DNA of 64,000 bases, taken from the NCBI GenBank assembly GCA_051294905.1, contig CM119371.1, positions 15,812,001 through 15,876,000 on the forward strand. Direction: 5' to 3'. Position numbers and translations under genes: made by a program. Within the stretch, counting starts at the first letter, position 1, and every line of letters begins with the position of its first letter. Positions 13,173 to 24,835 of the stretch are shown here, one piece after another. The notes under the pieces were generated by a model. That model had not been told where the DNA came from. It saw only the letters and a list, made by a program, of their open reading frames with translations, and did no database searches. This DNA is from Botryllus schlosseri (Eukaryota).

Positions 13173-14772
13173 TTATTTCAAAAATGACATGCAAAATACA
13201 CTCATATTCATATTCTTTGGAGCAGCTTCCTTATCTTTCTCAGATACCATCAGCTTTTCCAATTCCACAGTTTGAATCTCAATCCACCGTACAGATATAA
13301 TTTGTCTGCGATATGAATTTTGCACCCATCAGTATGCTTGATGATGAAATCCTCAATGCATTGCCATTTATTTCTTATACCATTGTAAAATACTACCTTA
13401 TCTGAACGCCCACTGAAGGCATACACGGTCCCATTGAATTCAAAAACACACCCTTTTTCATTACTTAGAGTTATCGGCATGTTCGAGATCTGGATACACT
13501 GCATGGTCCTCAAGTTGATCTCAAAAGCATCACAGTGATATTTTGTAGGGTGGCCCACCGAGAATTAGTTTCGCCACCAATGACATAAATACAATCCTTT
13601 GTACTCGCAATAGCAAAACCATACGAAGACTGGTTTTCATCTCTTTTAATTTCAATCGATGACGATTTGCCAATGTCAATTTCATACAAGACTGCAGAAT
13701 TGCCTGTAACCATCAACACATATTTCCCACATCCGATACATCTATTATATTGCACAGTAGAATCATTCTCATACAACTTTTTTCAACCCATGCCATTGAA
13801 ACTTAAGATTGCGTTCCCCGTTGTGACATAAACGATTCCTTTATATTCAACTATATCAAGGACATTGGTTGCAATACCCTCAGGAAGTCGTGTAAACACA
13901 GACCATTCCTCTTCAATCAGGCTGTACCTGTACACTAATTTAGTACCCTTATCGCAGGATATAATTCCAGTTGACTTTTCAGTCGGAACCAATGGTAATT
14001 TGGAAGGCTTTTCATCTAAGACTGTATTACATATTTTGAACATCACCTCCACCGATTCAGATACCAACTGGTCCTGAATAACATGATCCTTGATAAATTG
14101 CCGAGGGAGAAAAGAGATGTCAATTGTGTAAAATAAATCAAGAAATGCATATTTTCTTTCGCAAAACTCCTCTTTAACCCAGGACACGATGGCATTCCAT
14201 TTCAACATTTCATATTCCTTCCCCCAGTTATGCACAAGTGATAACAGGTACAGGAAGTCATCTTTTGGTAATGACTGCAGGTTCTCTGACTCGATAAATG
14301 CCTTGAGATTGTCTCGGAAGAAGATTTGAATCGAGGTTTTCAAAACTTCCTTGTGATAAACTCGAGCCACCGATAGCATCTCTTCTACGTTGTCCATGGT
14401 TACATTCTCCGAAAGAAATTCAACGTAGAGATCCGTCAAATTATGGAGGCAAAAGATATCTGATGCTTTTATGAAATCGGTGATGCAGTCCAAAGAAAAA
14501 TCAGCTTTCCCGGAATAAATGAAGTTGATGCATTGTTTCACAATATCCCCAGGAGTATCGGGAAATGATACAATCCCACTCTTTGCCTCTTTCGTATCAC
14601 TCGAAAACATGGCTCGGAAATACTCCGATGCTGCAATCAATACAAATTTATGAACCTTGACTTCATCCTGGCTAGCCACTATGGTGATGTCACAAAACTC
14701 TTCTTGGTTTTTCAATGCATTCATGGAATCGAGCATGGATCGTGGATGCAAGGTACATTCCTTAGGAGCCAT
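13173..14772 (-). pseudogene. BTB-BACK-Kelch copy 2, frameshifted in the Kelch region
   Basis: Full-length homology to copy 1 but split over ORFs 13783-14778, 13510-13776 and 13250-13558 (frameshifts near 13785, 13555 and 13285). BTB-BACK half still open. C-terminal ...VFCMSFLK* ends at 13173. Confidence 0.88.
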
Positions 14773-15503
14773 TCTCAATGGAATACTAGTCTGACAAAAT
14801 TAATTAGGCTGCACATGCTGAAAAGGAAACAACAATATGCTTATCAATTCAATCAAATTGCAGGATTCATCGCAATATCATTGGAACGATTGACACGGTG
14901 GAGCATGTGATTCTAAGTTCTAAAATGATTAAAACAATAATTTATGACACGATTTCATAACGTGTAAGAAAACGGACGCCATGCCATAATGTTAGGGTTA
15001 CCATACGTCCTCTTTTTTTTTTTTAAAAGAACTGAAATTGTCATTTGAGGACGCCTTTGTGTCTTCTTTTTGTGGAATTTGTCCTCTTAATATAGAAAAC
15101 GTATCGGATGCAATCAAAAATTCGACCCCGACTCAGCGTCCGAGTTTCATACAAAATCGGGTAAATAGGAGTCGAGTCAAAGTGATGATGATGACCCTTT
15201 CACGTGGTCAACACGTTTGTATTTGAGTGAAATATACATATATAGCCTATGCGTCGTTCTAAAATGATAAACGAATCAGGTTGGTAACTGGTTGAATAAT
15301 CAAAATATGTTGTGGGAATATTAGGCCAGAAATCGTTTCGAATTGGTGTCAGCGTATATGAGGCAGGCCATCTCAGCATGTTGACATATGAGAAGTCTGG
15401 TACATCAGGAAAGATTACGCTGTGGCATACACACGCAACGATTTCGAAATTACATCATCAGTAGATCATATACAGAAAAAAACATTGCAAAAAATAATAT
15501 TTA

Positions 15504-17093
15504 TCATTTCACAAATGACATGCTAGATAAGCTCATATCCACATCCTGCAGAGTAGGTTCCCTATCTCTTTCGGATACTGTCAGTTTTTCCAATTCTACA
15601 GCTTGAACCTCGGTCCTCAACTCTCCTCCGTATAAATATAATTTGTCTGCGATATGAACTTTGCATCCGATAATATATTTGATGGCGAGACTGCGGATAG
15701 ATTGCCATGTCTTTGTAATATCATTGTAAAATATTACAGTTGATTGACGATCGAAGGCATACACAGTCCCATTGAACCCAAATACACATCCCCGAGTTGG
15801 ACCAACATCTATTGATGTGTTTGAGATCTGGCTACATTGCATGGTTCTCAAGTTGATCTCAAAAGCATCTCTGCGAATGGCCTTAACGTCTTCACCACCA
15901 ATGACATAAATACACTCCTGTGTACTCGTAACGGCAAAGTTATACCAATGACTGTTCGTAACGAATTTGATATCAATTGATGCCGATTTTCCAGTGCCGA
16001 TTTCATACACGACTACACATTTTCCAGTAACCATCAACACGTATTTCCCACATCCAATGCATTTGTTATATCCTCCGCCGGAATCGCTCTCATATAACTT
16101 TTTCCATTCGATTCCATTGAAAGTGAAGATTGCATTACCAGTTGTCACATAAATTATTCCTCTGTGCTCAGTTACGTCAAGGTGCGTCTTTGCAACACCT
16201 GTAGGAAGTTGCGTTAACACAGACCACTTTTCTTCGATCAGGCTGTACCTGTACACTAATTCTGTGCTTTTCTTGCAGGATATGATTCCTGTTGCCCTTT
16301 CAATTGGAACCATCGGCAATTTAGAAGATTTCTCATCCAAAATTGTATCACATATTTTAACCATCATATCCACCGATTCAGATACCAACTGTTCGTGAAT
16401 AATGTGATCCTTCACAAATTGTCGAGGGAGAAAATTGAAGTCAATCGTGTCAAATAGATCAACAAATGCATCTTTTCTTTCACCCATATCCTCTTTGACC
16501 CAGGTAACAACGGCGTTCCATTTCATCATTTCATATGCCTTCCCCCAGTTATGCACAAGTGATAACAAGTACAGAAAGTTATCTTTTAGTAATGATAATA
16601 GCTTCTCTAACTCAATAAATTCCTTGAGATTGTCTCGGAAAAAGATTTGAAGGGAATTATTCAAAAGTTCCTTGTGATAAACTCGAGCCACCGATAGCAT
16701 CTCTTCTACATTGTCCATGGTTACATTCACGGAAAGAAATTCAACGTAGAGATCCGTCAAATTATGGAGGCAAAACATATCCGATGCTTTTATGAAATCA
16801 GTGATGAGGTCCAAAGAAAAATCGGCTTTCCCGGAGTAAATGAAGTTGATGCATTGTTTCACAATCACACCAGGAGTATCAGGGAATGAGACGATCCCAG
16901 TTTTTGACTCTTTGGTATCATTCGAAAACATGGCTCGGAAATATTCCGATGCGGCAATCAATACAAATTTATGAGCCTTGAATTCATCTTGGTCAGCCAC
17001 TATCGTGATGTCACAAAACTCTTCTTGGTCTTTCAATGCGTTCATGGAATCGAGCATGGATCGTGGATGCAAGGCACATTCTTTAGGAGCCAT
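15504..17093 (-). CDS. BTB-BACK-Kelch (KLHL-like) protein, copy 3, intact
   Basis: Uninterrupted ORF with the same domain motifs as copy 1; ATG at 17093 (MAPKEC). Confidence 0.92.
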   Translation of the reverse strand: MAPKECALHPRSMLDSMNALKDQEEFCDITIVADQDEFKAHKFVLIAASEYFRAMFSNDTKESKTGIVSFPDTPGVIVKQCINFIYSGKADFSLDLITDFIKASDMFCLHNLTDLYVEFLSVNVTMDNVEEMLSVARVYHKELLNNSLQIFFRDNLKEFIELEKLLSLLKDNFLYLLSLVHNWGKAYEMMKWNAVVTWVKEDMGERKDAFVDLFDTIDFNFLPRQFVKDHIIHEQLVSESVDMMVKICDTILDEKSSKLPMVPIERATGIISCKKSTELVYRYSLIEEKWSVLTQLPTGVAKTHLDVTEHRGIIYVTTGNAIFTFNGIEWKKLYESDSGGGYNKCIGCGKYVLMVTGKCVVVYEIGTGKSASIDIKFVTNSHWYNFAVTSTQECIYVIGGEDVKAIRRDAFEINLRTMQCSQISNTSIDVGPTRGCVFGFNGTVYAFDRQSTVIFYNDITKTWQSIRSLAIKYIIGCKVHIADKLYLYGGELRTEVQAVELEKLTVSERDREPTLQDVDMSLSSMSFVK

Positions 17094-17639
17094 TCTCAAT
17101 GGAATACTAGTTTGACAAAATTAATTCGGCTACATATGCTGAAAAATTGGAAGGAAACAACAATCATTATCGATTCGATCAAAATGAACGATTCATCGCA
17201 ATGTAATTGGAACGATTGACAGGACGCAGTACATGATTCTAAAGTCGAAAATGATTTAAATAATGAATTACCGTAGTGAAACGATTTCATGTCAATAATC
17301 AATAACCTGTAATAAAACGGATGCCATGCTATCTATGTTATGGTTAACATCAGAGTTGGATCGATTACATCAATTCAGTTCAATTACAATTACTGCCGTA
17401 TATGTTTCAATTACATTACAATTACCCAATGCCAAAAATATCAAATTACAATTACTGTTAAACATGTAATTAATTAATCATAAATTCAACTTCGGTAGAG
17501 AGGTTCTCTTTGACAACAGAAACACAGAAAAATTTCTAAAGCGACTGGTAACAATCAAAAGTTTAAGCGACTGGCAACGACTAAAAACGAATAGACTACA
17601 AGACAGGCAATGAAATTCAATCAAACGAATACACAAAGG

Positions 17640-18057
17640 ATTACGGGTGGTGGATATTATAGGGTTTAGGGTTAGGTATATTAGGGTTGGAGGTGTAATA
17701 GGATTAGGAGTGGGGGATACTAGGGCTGGTGGTGGGTTAGGGTATCCTAAGATCAGGGTCGCGGGTGAGGGGTATTAGGGTTGAAGGTGGGTTAGGGTTA
17801 CGGATTAGGTGTGAGGGATACGATACCCCTAACCCTAATCTAGGGATACCTAACTCCACTACTACCCTGATATCCCACACCCACAACCCTCATCTTTGGA
17901 TATCCTGACCCCAACCCTAACCCGCAACCCAAATATCTCCACACACGTAACCCGAAAATCCCACGCCCACAAAACAAATAACGCGAAAAAAAATTTCTAA
18001 CGTTCATAAATTTTGACATGTTCATGGGAAACAGTTATTAGTGTCATGGTGAACACA
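17640..18057. repeat. Degenerate TTAGGG-rich/CCCTAA-rich hairpin, a remnant related to the Merlin TIR
   Basis: G-rich attagggtt repeats switch to C-rich cctaaccctaa at ~17825. The end (tgttcatgggaaaca...tcatggtgaacac) resembles 63588-63627 of the Merlin right TIR. Confidence 0.55.
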
Positions 18058-18239
18058 GGTTGGATGTTGAACGTAAATCGAAGAAATGCCAATTATTTTA
18101 TGTTGTGCTCGTCAGGTCTCAATAACAATGTAGGCCTACTATAATTGAAATTGTAACAGGCAAATTTTTTTATCGAATTACAATTACTTGAACAGCTTCT
18201 TGGAGGTACAGAACTGCAATATACAATTGAATACCGGTA

Positions 18240-18480
18240 GTATATTCATATTTAAATGAGTCGAATATTCTCGGCTGACCCTCGTCAGGGGCAATTGTCA
18301 GCAACTAGTAGAGTACATTGAACGCTCTCGCATTCAAAATTTCATGCTGGTGACGTCATACTTTGTGATACGATTGTTGATATACAATGTTCTTTTGAAT
18401 TCTCTTCTAGTTGCTGACGATTACCCCTGACGAGTGTCAGCCGAAAATATTCGGGTTCATTTCAATATGAAAATACTATT
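18240..18480. mobile_element. Penelope-derived hairpin (inverted 3'-end copies)
   Basis: Same inverted pair as at 10170-10400 and 23970-24835. Confidence 0.72.
18423..18456 (+). ncRNA. Minimal type I hammerhead ribozyme motif (Penelope pLTR type)
   Basis: accc-CTGACGA-gtgtcagcc-GAAA-atat-TC-gggt: complete core, stem I accc/gggt, palindromic stem III AATATT. Confidence 0.7.
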
Positions 18481-18737
18481 CAATTACAAATACACAAAAT
18501 AAAAATGCTTCAATAACAATTACATGAAAAATGTAATTATTACATTCAGCTCAATTACAATTGAGAACTCTGGTCATCATACGTCCTATTTTTTTCAATG
18601 AATTGAAAGTGTCCTCGGAGGACGCCTAAAAATGTCCTCTTTTTTGGGGAATTTGTCCTCTTTTTCAAGAAAAAGTAATTAACGTCGGAGTTTCGTAAAA
18701 AAATCAGGTAAAACGGGAGTTGAGTCAAAGTGATGAC

Positions 18738-19185
18738 TAGGGCAAGTTTTTGTTGCCGTCAAACCCATGGGAAGTTGCACTCATTTTTCACATAAGTTGC
18801 AGTAAAAAGTTGCATTTGTGGACAAGCTACTCGAAATTATTAATGTACGAGATACTCGAATCGATCCGTTTCCAAGGCACTTCAACAAAATCAATAGACT
18901 GAAAAAATTGACCCAGTGAAAATATAATTTTCGGCGGTCTAGCCAAATATTTTCAGTAAAAAGTTAGTTGCATGAAAAATCGAAAAAAGTAGCAAAGAGT
19001 TGCATGAAAAAACGAAAAGTTGCAAAAAATGGCATGAAAAAAATGGACAACAGTTGCAATATAAGATTCCTCCAAAACAGATCAAAAGACCATACTACAT
19101 AATTTCTGTATATTTAGGAAACTGCCGGAGCGGTGAAAAAATTTTGCAAAAATTTGCCGTAGTAATGATCTTTTCAAATAGTTGA
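18738..19185. repeat. GTTGCA-rich interspersed repeat (MITE-like)
   Basis: Reverse-complement-similar copy at ~25655-26222; repeated aaaagttgca motifs. Boundaries approximate. Confidence 0.55.
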
Positions 19186-19527
19186 TACCCTCATATTTGT
19201 GTGAAATGTGTATATAGCCTATGCGTCATTGTCAAATGATAAACGATTAGGATTAGTAATTGGTTGAATAATCAAAATATATATGTTGTGAGGATGGCAG
19301 GGAACAAATCGGTGTGGACTTAATGGCAGTGTTAGCGTATACGAGGCAGGCCATTTCGGCATGTTGAGCTAGCCAGGCAGTTCCCGTACCAGAAGCCTGG
19401 TACATCGAGAAAGATTACGCTCTGGCATACACACGCAACCATTTCGAAATCACATCACAAGTAGATAAAATACAGAAAAAAACTTGTGTTGAATAATACT
19501 TATCATTTCAAAAATGACATGCTAGAT

Positions 19528-20462
19528 CAGAGGTGGCCAACCTTTTCAGCGAAATGACCATGAGCAATTGACGAGACATTGAGGAGGCCACTAGCCGCTC
19601 CAAGCGTGAGAATTTTTCAAAGTTTATAGGTCAATAATATTGTTACTTGAGTATATTGCGGGTTGTAACCAAGTCACAGTGCTCCGAGTCACAAGTCAAA
19701 TTCACTTTTATTGCTTTAACTCGAGTCAAGTCGAGTCATTTTCAATTCACCACCGAGTCCAAGTCAGCGAGCAGAGGGTCGAGTCCGAGTCATGATATTA
19801 TGACTCGGGTCCGAGTCCAAGTCATTGTGTTGACTGCTCAGTTTCCAGTTAAAGTCTTGTGAAACTCAATGTTTATAACTCTACTTGGTGATATTGAATG
19901 GTTCGCAATTATATTATAATGATTTTCCTCACTTTTAGCAGTTTCTACTCGCATTTTCAAGTACCAGTACCAATAGACAAAATCACAATAGTGTGGTCAC
20001 TTAACTATTTTTCGAAATTACAACGAAATGTTGGTCTTACACAAATTGACTCGAGTTGAGTTGGGGTATTTCCGTATTTTGATAAAATGACTCGAGTCAA
20101 GTCGAGTCATCAGAAAATCGTGACTCGAGTCGGACTCGACTCATCACAACACTGACGAGGCGTGAAGAAAATTTTTTATTGGGATAAATTTACCGCAACT
20201 TTATTGAAATGTACGAAGACCTACCAAAATGTGACTGCCCAGTGCCCATTGATCTGGCAATGCGTCAGAACTGATATTTTAGTCATCAACATCCCGAGAG
20301 TTGCAGGGAGACTAATCAAACTTTTGGATGGCCTTGCAAGTCACAATCTGTGGGTAATTCAATTTTATATACGGTAACTAATTTCGTAAGTTACCTCGCA
20401 GGCCACTCATAACCATCTGACGAGCCACATGTGGCCCGCTGGCCACAGGTTGACCGCCCCTG
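19528..20462. mobile_element. hAT-type non-autonomous element
   Basis: TIR cagaggtggccaacc...ggttgaccgcccctg; TSD tgctagat/tggttgat; the paralogue at ~15520 shows the empty site. Related to 33261-34093. Confidence 0.85.
19658..20154. mobile_element. GACTCGAGTC-family MITE nested in 19528-20462
   Basis: gggttgtaaccaagtcac...catcacaacactg; reverse-orientation copy of 6927-7504. Confidence 0.8.
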
Positions 20463-22395
20463 TGGTTGATAAACTCATATCCACATCCTGCGGAGCAGGT
20501 TTTCTATCTCTTTCGGATACTGTCAGCTTTTCCAATTCTACAGTTTTAACCTCGGTCCCCAATTCTCCTCCGTATAAATACAATTTGTCTGCGATATGAA
20601 CTTTGCATCCGTCAATGTATTCGATGGCGAGACTGCGAATAGATTGCCATGTCTTTGTTATATGATTGTAAAATACTACAGCTGATTGATGATTGAAGGC
20701 ATACAAGGTCCCATTGAACCCAAATACACATCCTTGATCTTGACCAACATTTATTGGTATGTTTGAGATCTGGCTACACTGCATGGTTCTCAAGTTGATC
20801 TCGAAAGCTTCTTTTCGAAAGTCAAATGAGTCTTCACCACCAATGACATAAATAAACTCCTGTGTACTCGTGACCGCAAAGTTACGCCAATTACCGTCAG
20901 TTACGAATTTGATATGAATTGATGACGATTTTCCAGTGTCAATTTCATACACCACTACACGGTTTCCGGTAACCATCAACATGTAGTTCCCACATCCAAT
21001 ACATCTGTTATATCCTCCACCGGAATAGCTCTCATACAACTTTTTCCATTCGGTTCCATTGAAACTAAAGATTGCGCAACCAGTTGTGACATAAATTATT
21101 CCTCTATGCTCAGCTATATCAAGGAGCGCCGTTGCAACACATGGAGGAAGTTGAGTTACCACTGACCATTCTTCTTCAGGCAGGCTGTACCTGTACACTA
21201 ATCCAGTATCCCCATTACAAGATATAATTCCTGTTGACTTTTCAATGGGAACAGATAGCAATTCGGAAGGTTTTTCATCTAAAACTGTGTCACATATTTT
21301 GAACACCAACTCCGCTAATTCAGACACCAACTGTTCGCGAATAACGTGATCCTTGATAAATTGCCGAGGGAGAAATGATACGTCAATTGTGTCAAATAAA
21401 TCAACAAATGCATCTTTTCTTTTGTCCATCTCCTCTTTAACCTAGGTAACGATGGCATTCCATTTCATCATTTCATATTTCTTCCCCCAGTTATGCACAA
21501 GGGATAATAGGTACAAGAAATTATCTTTTGGTAAGGCCTGCAGCTTCTGTGACTCGATATATGCCATGAGATTGTCTCGGAAAAAGATTTGAATCGAGGT
21601 TTTCAAAAGTTCTTTGTGATAACCTCGAGCCACCAATAGCATCTCTTCTACGTTGTCCATGGTTACATTTTCGGAAAGAAATTCAACGTAGAGATCCGTC
21701 AAATTATGAAGGCAAAACATGTTCGATGCTTCCATGAAATCAGTGATGCAGTCCAAAGAAAAATCAGCTTTCCCAGAATAAATGAAGTTGACGCATTGTT
21801 TCACAATCCCACCAGAAGTATCAGGCAATGAAACAATCCCAGTCTTCGACTCTTCCGTATCATTCGAAAACATGGTTCGGAAATATTCCGATGCGGCTAC
21901 CAAGACAAATTTATGAACCTTGATTTCATCTTGGTCAGTCACTATGGTTATGTCACAAAACTCTTCTTGGTTTTTCAATGCGTTCATGGAATCGAGCATA
22001 GATCGTGGATGCAAGGCACATTCCTTAGGAGTCATTCTCAATGTAATACTAGTTTGACAAAATTAATTAGGCTACATATGCTGAAAAATTGTAAGGAAAC
22101 GACAATATCATTATCAATTCAATCAAATTGAACGATTCATCGCAATACAACTGGAACGAAGAATAGACTTATCAGCATAAAAAACTAAGTAGGTTAGGCT
22201 ACAGGCTGCAAAATTGTAACGAAACATATTACAATGACAATCAGTAGGCATACTATTCCAAAAACGTTGCTTGCTTTTTCAAACAAAATATAAGCCCTCC
22301 ATTTAGAGGTCAGGTTGTCGATTTTACATATAAACTCAAGACTGTGGGGAACAGTGAAAAATCCTTACAACTCACAAACAGAAAATCGATACAAC

Positions 22396-23835
22396 CAGAG
22401 TTGGATCAATTGTAATTTGTAATTTAATTGAATGTAATTAATTACATATTTCAATGTAATTGTAATGTAATTGTAATTGAAGCATTTTTATTTTGTGTAA
22501 TTGTAATTGTAATTTGACAAAAATTTTGCTCAATTACAATTTCAATTACATTAAATTGCTATTGAGACCTGACAAGCACAACATAAAATAATTGACTTAT
22601 AATGCATTCCCTTTAAATGTCGACAAGGAATTTGGTGGATCCATTCGCGGAAGCCCTTGACTGCGCCCTTGCGGGCGAAGTTTATTATTTTTACCGCTAT
22701 GCTGGCCTCGGATGCCATTGTATACAATTATTAGATTACTAACCAACGGATGGATTCGCAACACGTGACTCACGATTGAATACGCCGAGAAGCGAACTGC
22801 TGAGCCGGCTAAAAGCAGCAGAATTGATAGTCCCATAGCTAACGATCCAAGCGTCGAAATTTGACATGTGTGGTCCTAATCAAAAGCTAGTGTCGCACTG
22901 ATTCCGCAATAAAAGTATATTTCCAGGCAATGGTACCATCCAAAAATAGTCGTGAAAGTCTGGGAATCGGCATTGTTCTGAACAATCGATGGGAGTAATT
23001 GGTCATTGTTGTGGTCATGTTGCTGAGGCGCTCTCACTTTTCAGAACAGTCTGCCTTAAACGGCTATTTTGGAGCAGTTACATTGCCCTGACGAGATTTT
23101 AATTTGTATTTTCGGAATTAGTGCATCAATAGCTTACGATAAAGACCAGATGCATCAAATTTGGACGCCTGAATCGCCAGCTCTAGGACTACAAAGTTTG
23201 CTGCTTTTAGCCGGCTCTGCAGTACGTTTGTCGGTGCATTCATCCGTGACTCACATCTTGCGCATCTATCCGTGGGTTGGCAATCTACAATACGATTTCA
23301 GATCACGATGCTGCATCGTTACTTCGTCTGTCTAACTAACCAGACCACTGGATATTATATAACGTCTTATCTGACAAAGCACGGTTTTGTTTTCACCCCT
23401 CATCCTAATTCCTACGTTTCTCGATAAAAATAATATTATTTCTTTAATTATATACTATATACGCAAATCCAACCCGTGCATGATTATAATACTTTTCTCA
23501 ACGACATACTGCATACTGGAATAGTTCGAAAACGTTTATTAATTACCGGGTATTTGCGTATCATGAATGAAACATGAATACTTAAATTGTTGTTAATTAC
23601 GACGCTACGGTTGTCAAGGAGCACGGTTGAATTTATCATTATTCAATTACATGTTCAACAGCAGCAATTGTAATTGTAATTGTAATGTAATTGAAACATG
23701 CAAGGAGTAATTGTAATTGTAATTTGGTATTTTTAGCATGGAGTAATTGTAATTGTAATGTAATTGAAACATGCATGAAAGTAATTATAATTGTAATTTT
23801 AATTGAACTGAAATAATGTAATTGATCCAACTCTG
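22396..23835. mobile_element. hAT-type MITE (CAATTA/TAATTG-repeat family)
   Basis: TIR cagagttggatcaatt...aattgatccaactctg; perfect 8-bp TSD GATACAAC; internal diverged inverted repeat at ~22740-22890 versus ~23130-23283. Confidence 0.9.
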
Positions 23836-23969
23836 GATACAACGCTATAATACATAGTCCTATTGATGGTCAATCTACAATGATTTTTCATATTGCGTAG
23901 TAGTCAAACGGGAGATCATGCAACTATACAAATTATATTTTTCAGCAGACGAGGGAATATAATTAAACT

Positions 23970-24835
23970 TGAACAGTATATTCATATTGAAATGAACCCG
24001 AATATTTTTGGCTGACACTCGTCAGGGGTAATCGTCAGCAACTAGTAGAGAATTGGTAAGAACATTGTATATCAACAATCGTATCACAAAATATGACGTC
24101 ACCAGCATGAAATTTCGTGAATGACAGAGCGTTCAATGTACTATTTTTAGGTGGTACACGAACCCTTTTTGTTGACAGAGTTTTGGTTGGTGCAACAGAG
24201 CCCACCGAACGAACAGTAAAAGATGTTTATATCAATCTTAGCATCAATCTTAAGCGGATGAGTTAAGGGTGAGCTTTTCTCTGAGCTCGATACACGTGTT
24301 CTGATGAATCTGGGGACGTGTTGGTTTATGCGTTCCTGCAGACGTTTTGACGTTCTTCCTACGTAGCCACAATCACAGTGGCACTTATATTCGTACACTA
24401 CATTACTTTGTTGAAGTGTAGGGAGAGCGTCTTTGCTTGTTGAAGGGAGCAGTTGTGTTGTTGTAAAAATCACATTGGTTTTGACTGTGTCGTAACACTT
24501 ACTGACCGCAGAAATCAATTGTTTTTCAAATCGGGTGGAGATAGGGCCAATCCAAGGTAGATGGATATAAACATCTTTTACTGTTCGTTCGGTGGGCTCT
24601 GTTGCACCAAACAAAACTCTGTCAACAAAAGAAGTTTGTGTACCACCTAAAAATAGTAGGCCTACATTGAACGCTCTCTCATTCACGAAATTTCATGCTG
24701 GTGACGTCATATTTTGTGATACGATTGTTGATATACAATGTTCTTTCCAATTCTCTACTAGTTGCTGACGATTACCCCTGATGAGTGTCAGCCGTAAATA
24801 TTCGGGTTCATCTCAATATGAATATACTGTTCAAT
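23970..24835. mobile_element. Penelope-like element remnant with inverted terminal arms
   Basis: Arms ~23970-24232 and ~24562-24835 are reverse complements. The centre encodes a GIY-YIG-type fragment and both arms carry degenerate hammerhead motifs. Confidence 0.8.
24270..24650 (-). pseudogene. Penelope RT C-terminal linker plus GIY-YIG endonuclease fragment
   Basis: YIHLPWIGPIS...SKDALP..QSNVVYEYKCHCDCGYVGRTSKRLQERINQH, the PLE-type VY..C.C...YVG.T.R.L..R..H signature. Confidence 0.88.

Larger units (their letters stand above)
17351..18572. mobile_element. hAT-type MITE (CAATTA-repeat family) with nested inserts
   Basis: cagagttggatc...gagaactctg; degenerate TSD gttaacat/gtcatcat; empty paralogous site gggttaccatacgtcc at ~14995-15010. 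A partial copy starts at ~9787. Confidence 0.7.
19503..22035 (-). pseudogene. BTB-BACK-Kelch copy 4, with a premature stop and a transposon in the last codons
   Basis: In-frame TAG at 21442-21444 replaces the conserved Trp (NAIVT-W-VK). The native end (...MSFLK*) is displaced to 19503-19527 by the insertion at 19528-20462. Confidence 0.9.

Noticed and set aside
7934..17093. Assigning a specific KLHL gene symbol
   Set aside because: The Kelch repeats are too divergent and the expansion looks lineage-specific; orthology cannot be judged from the sequence alone.
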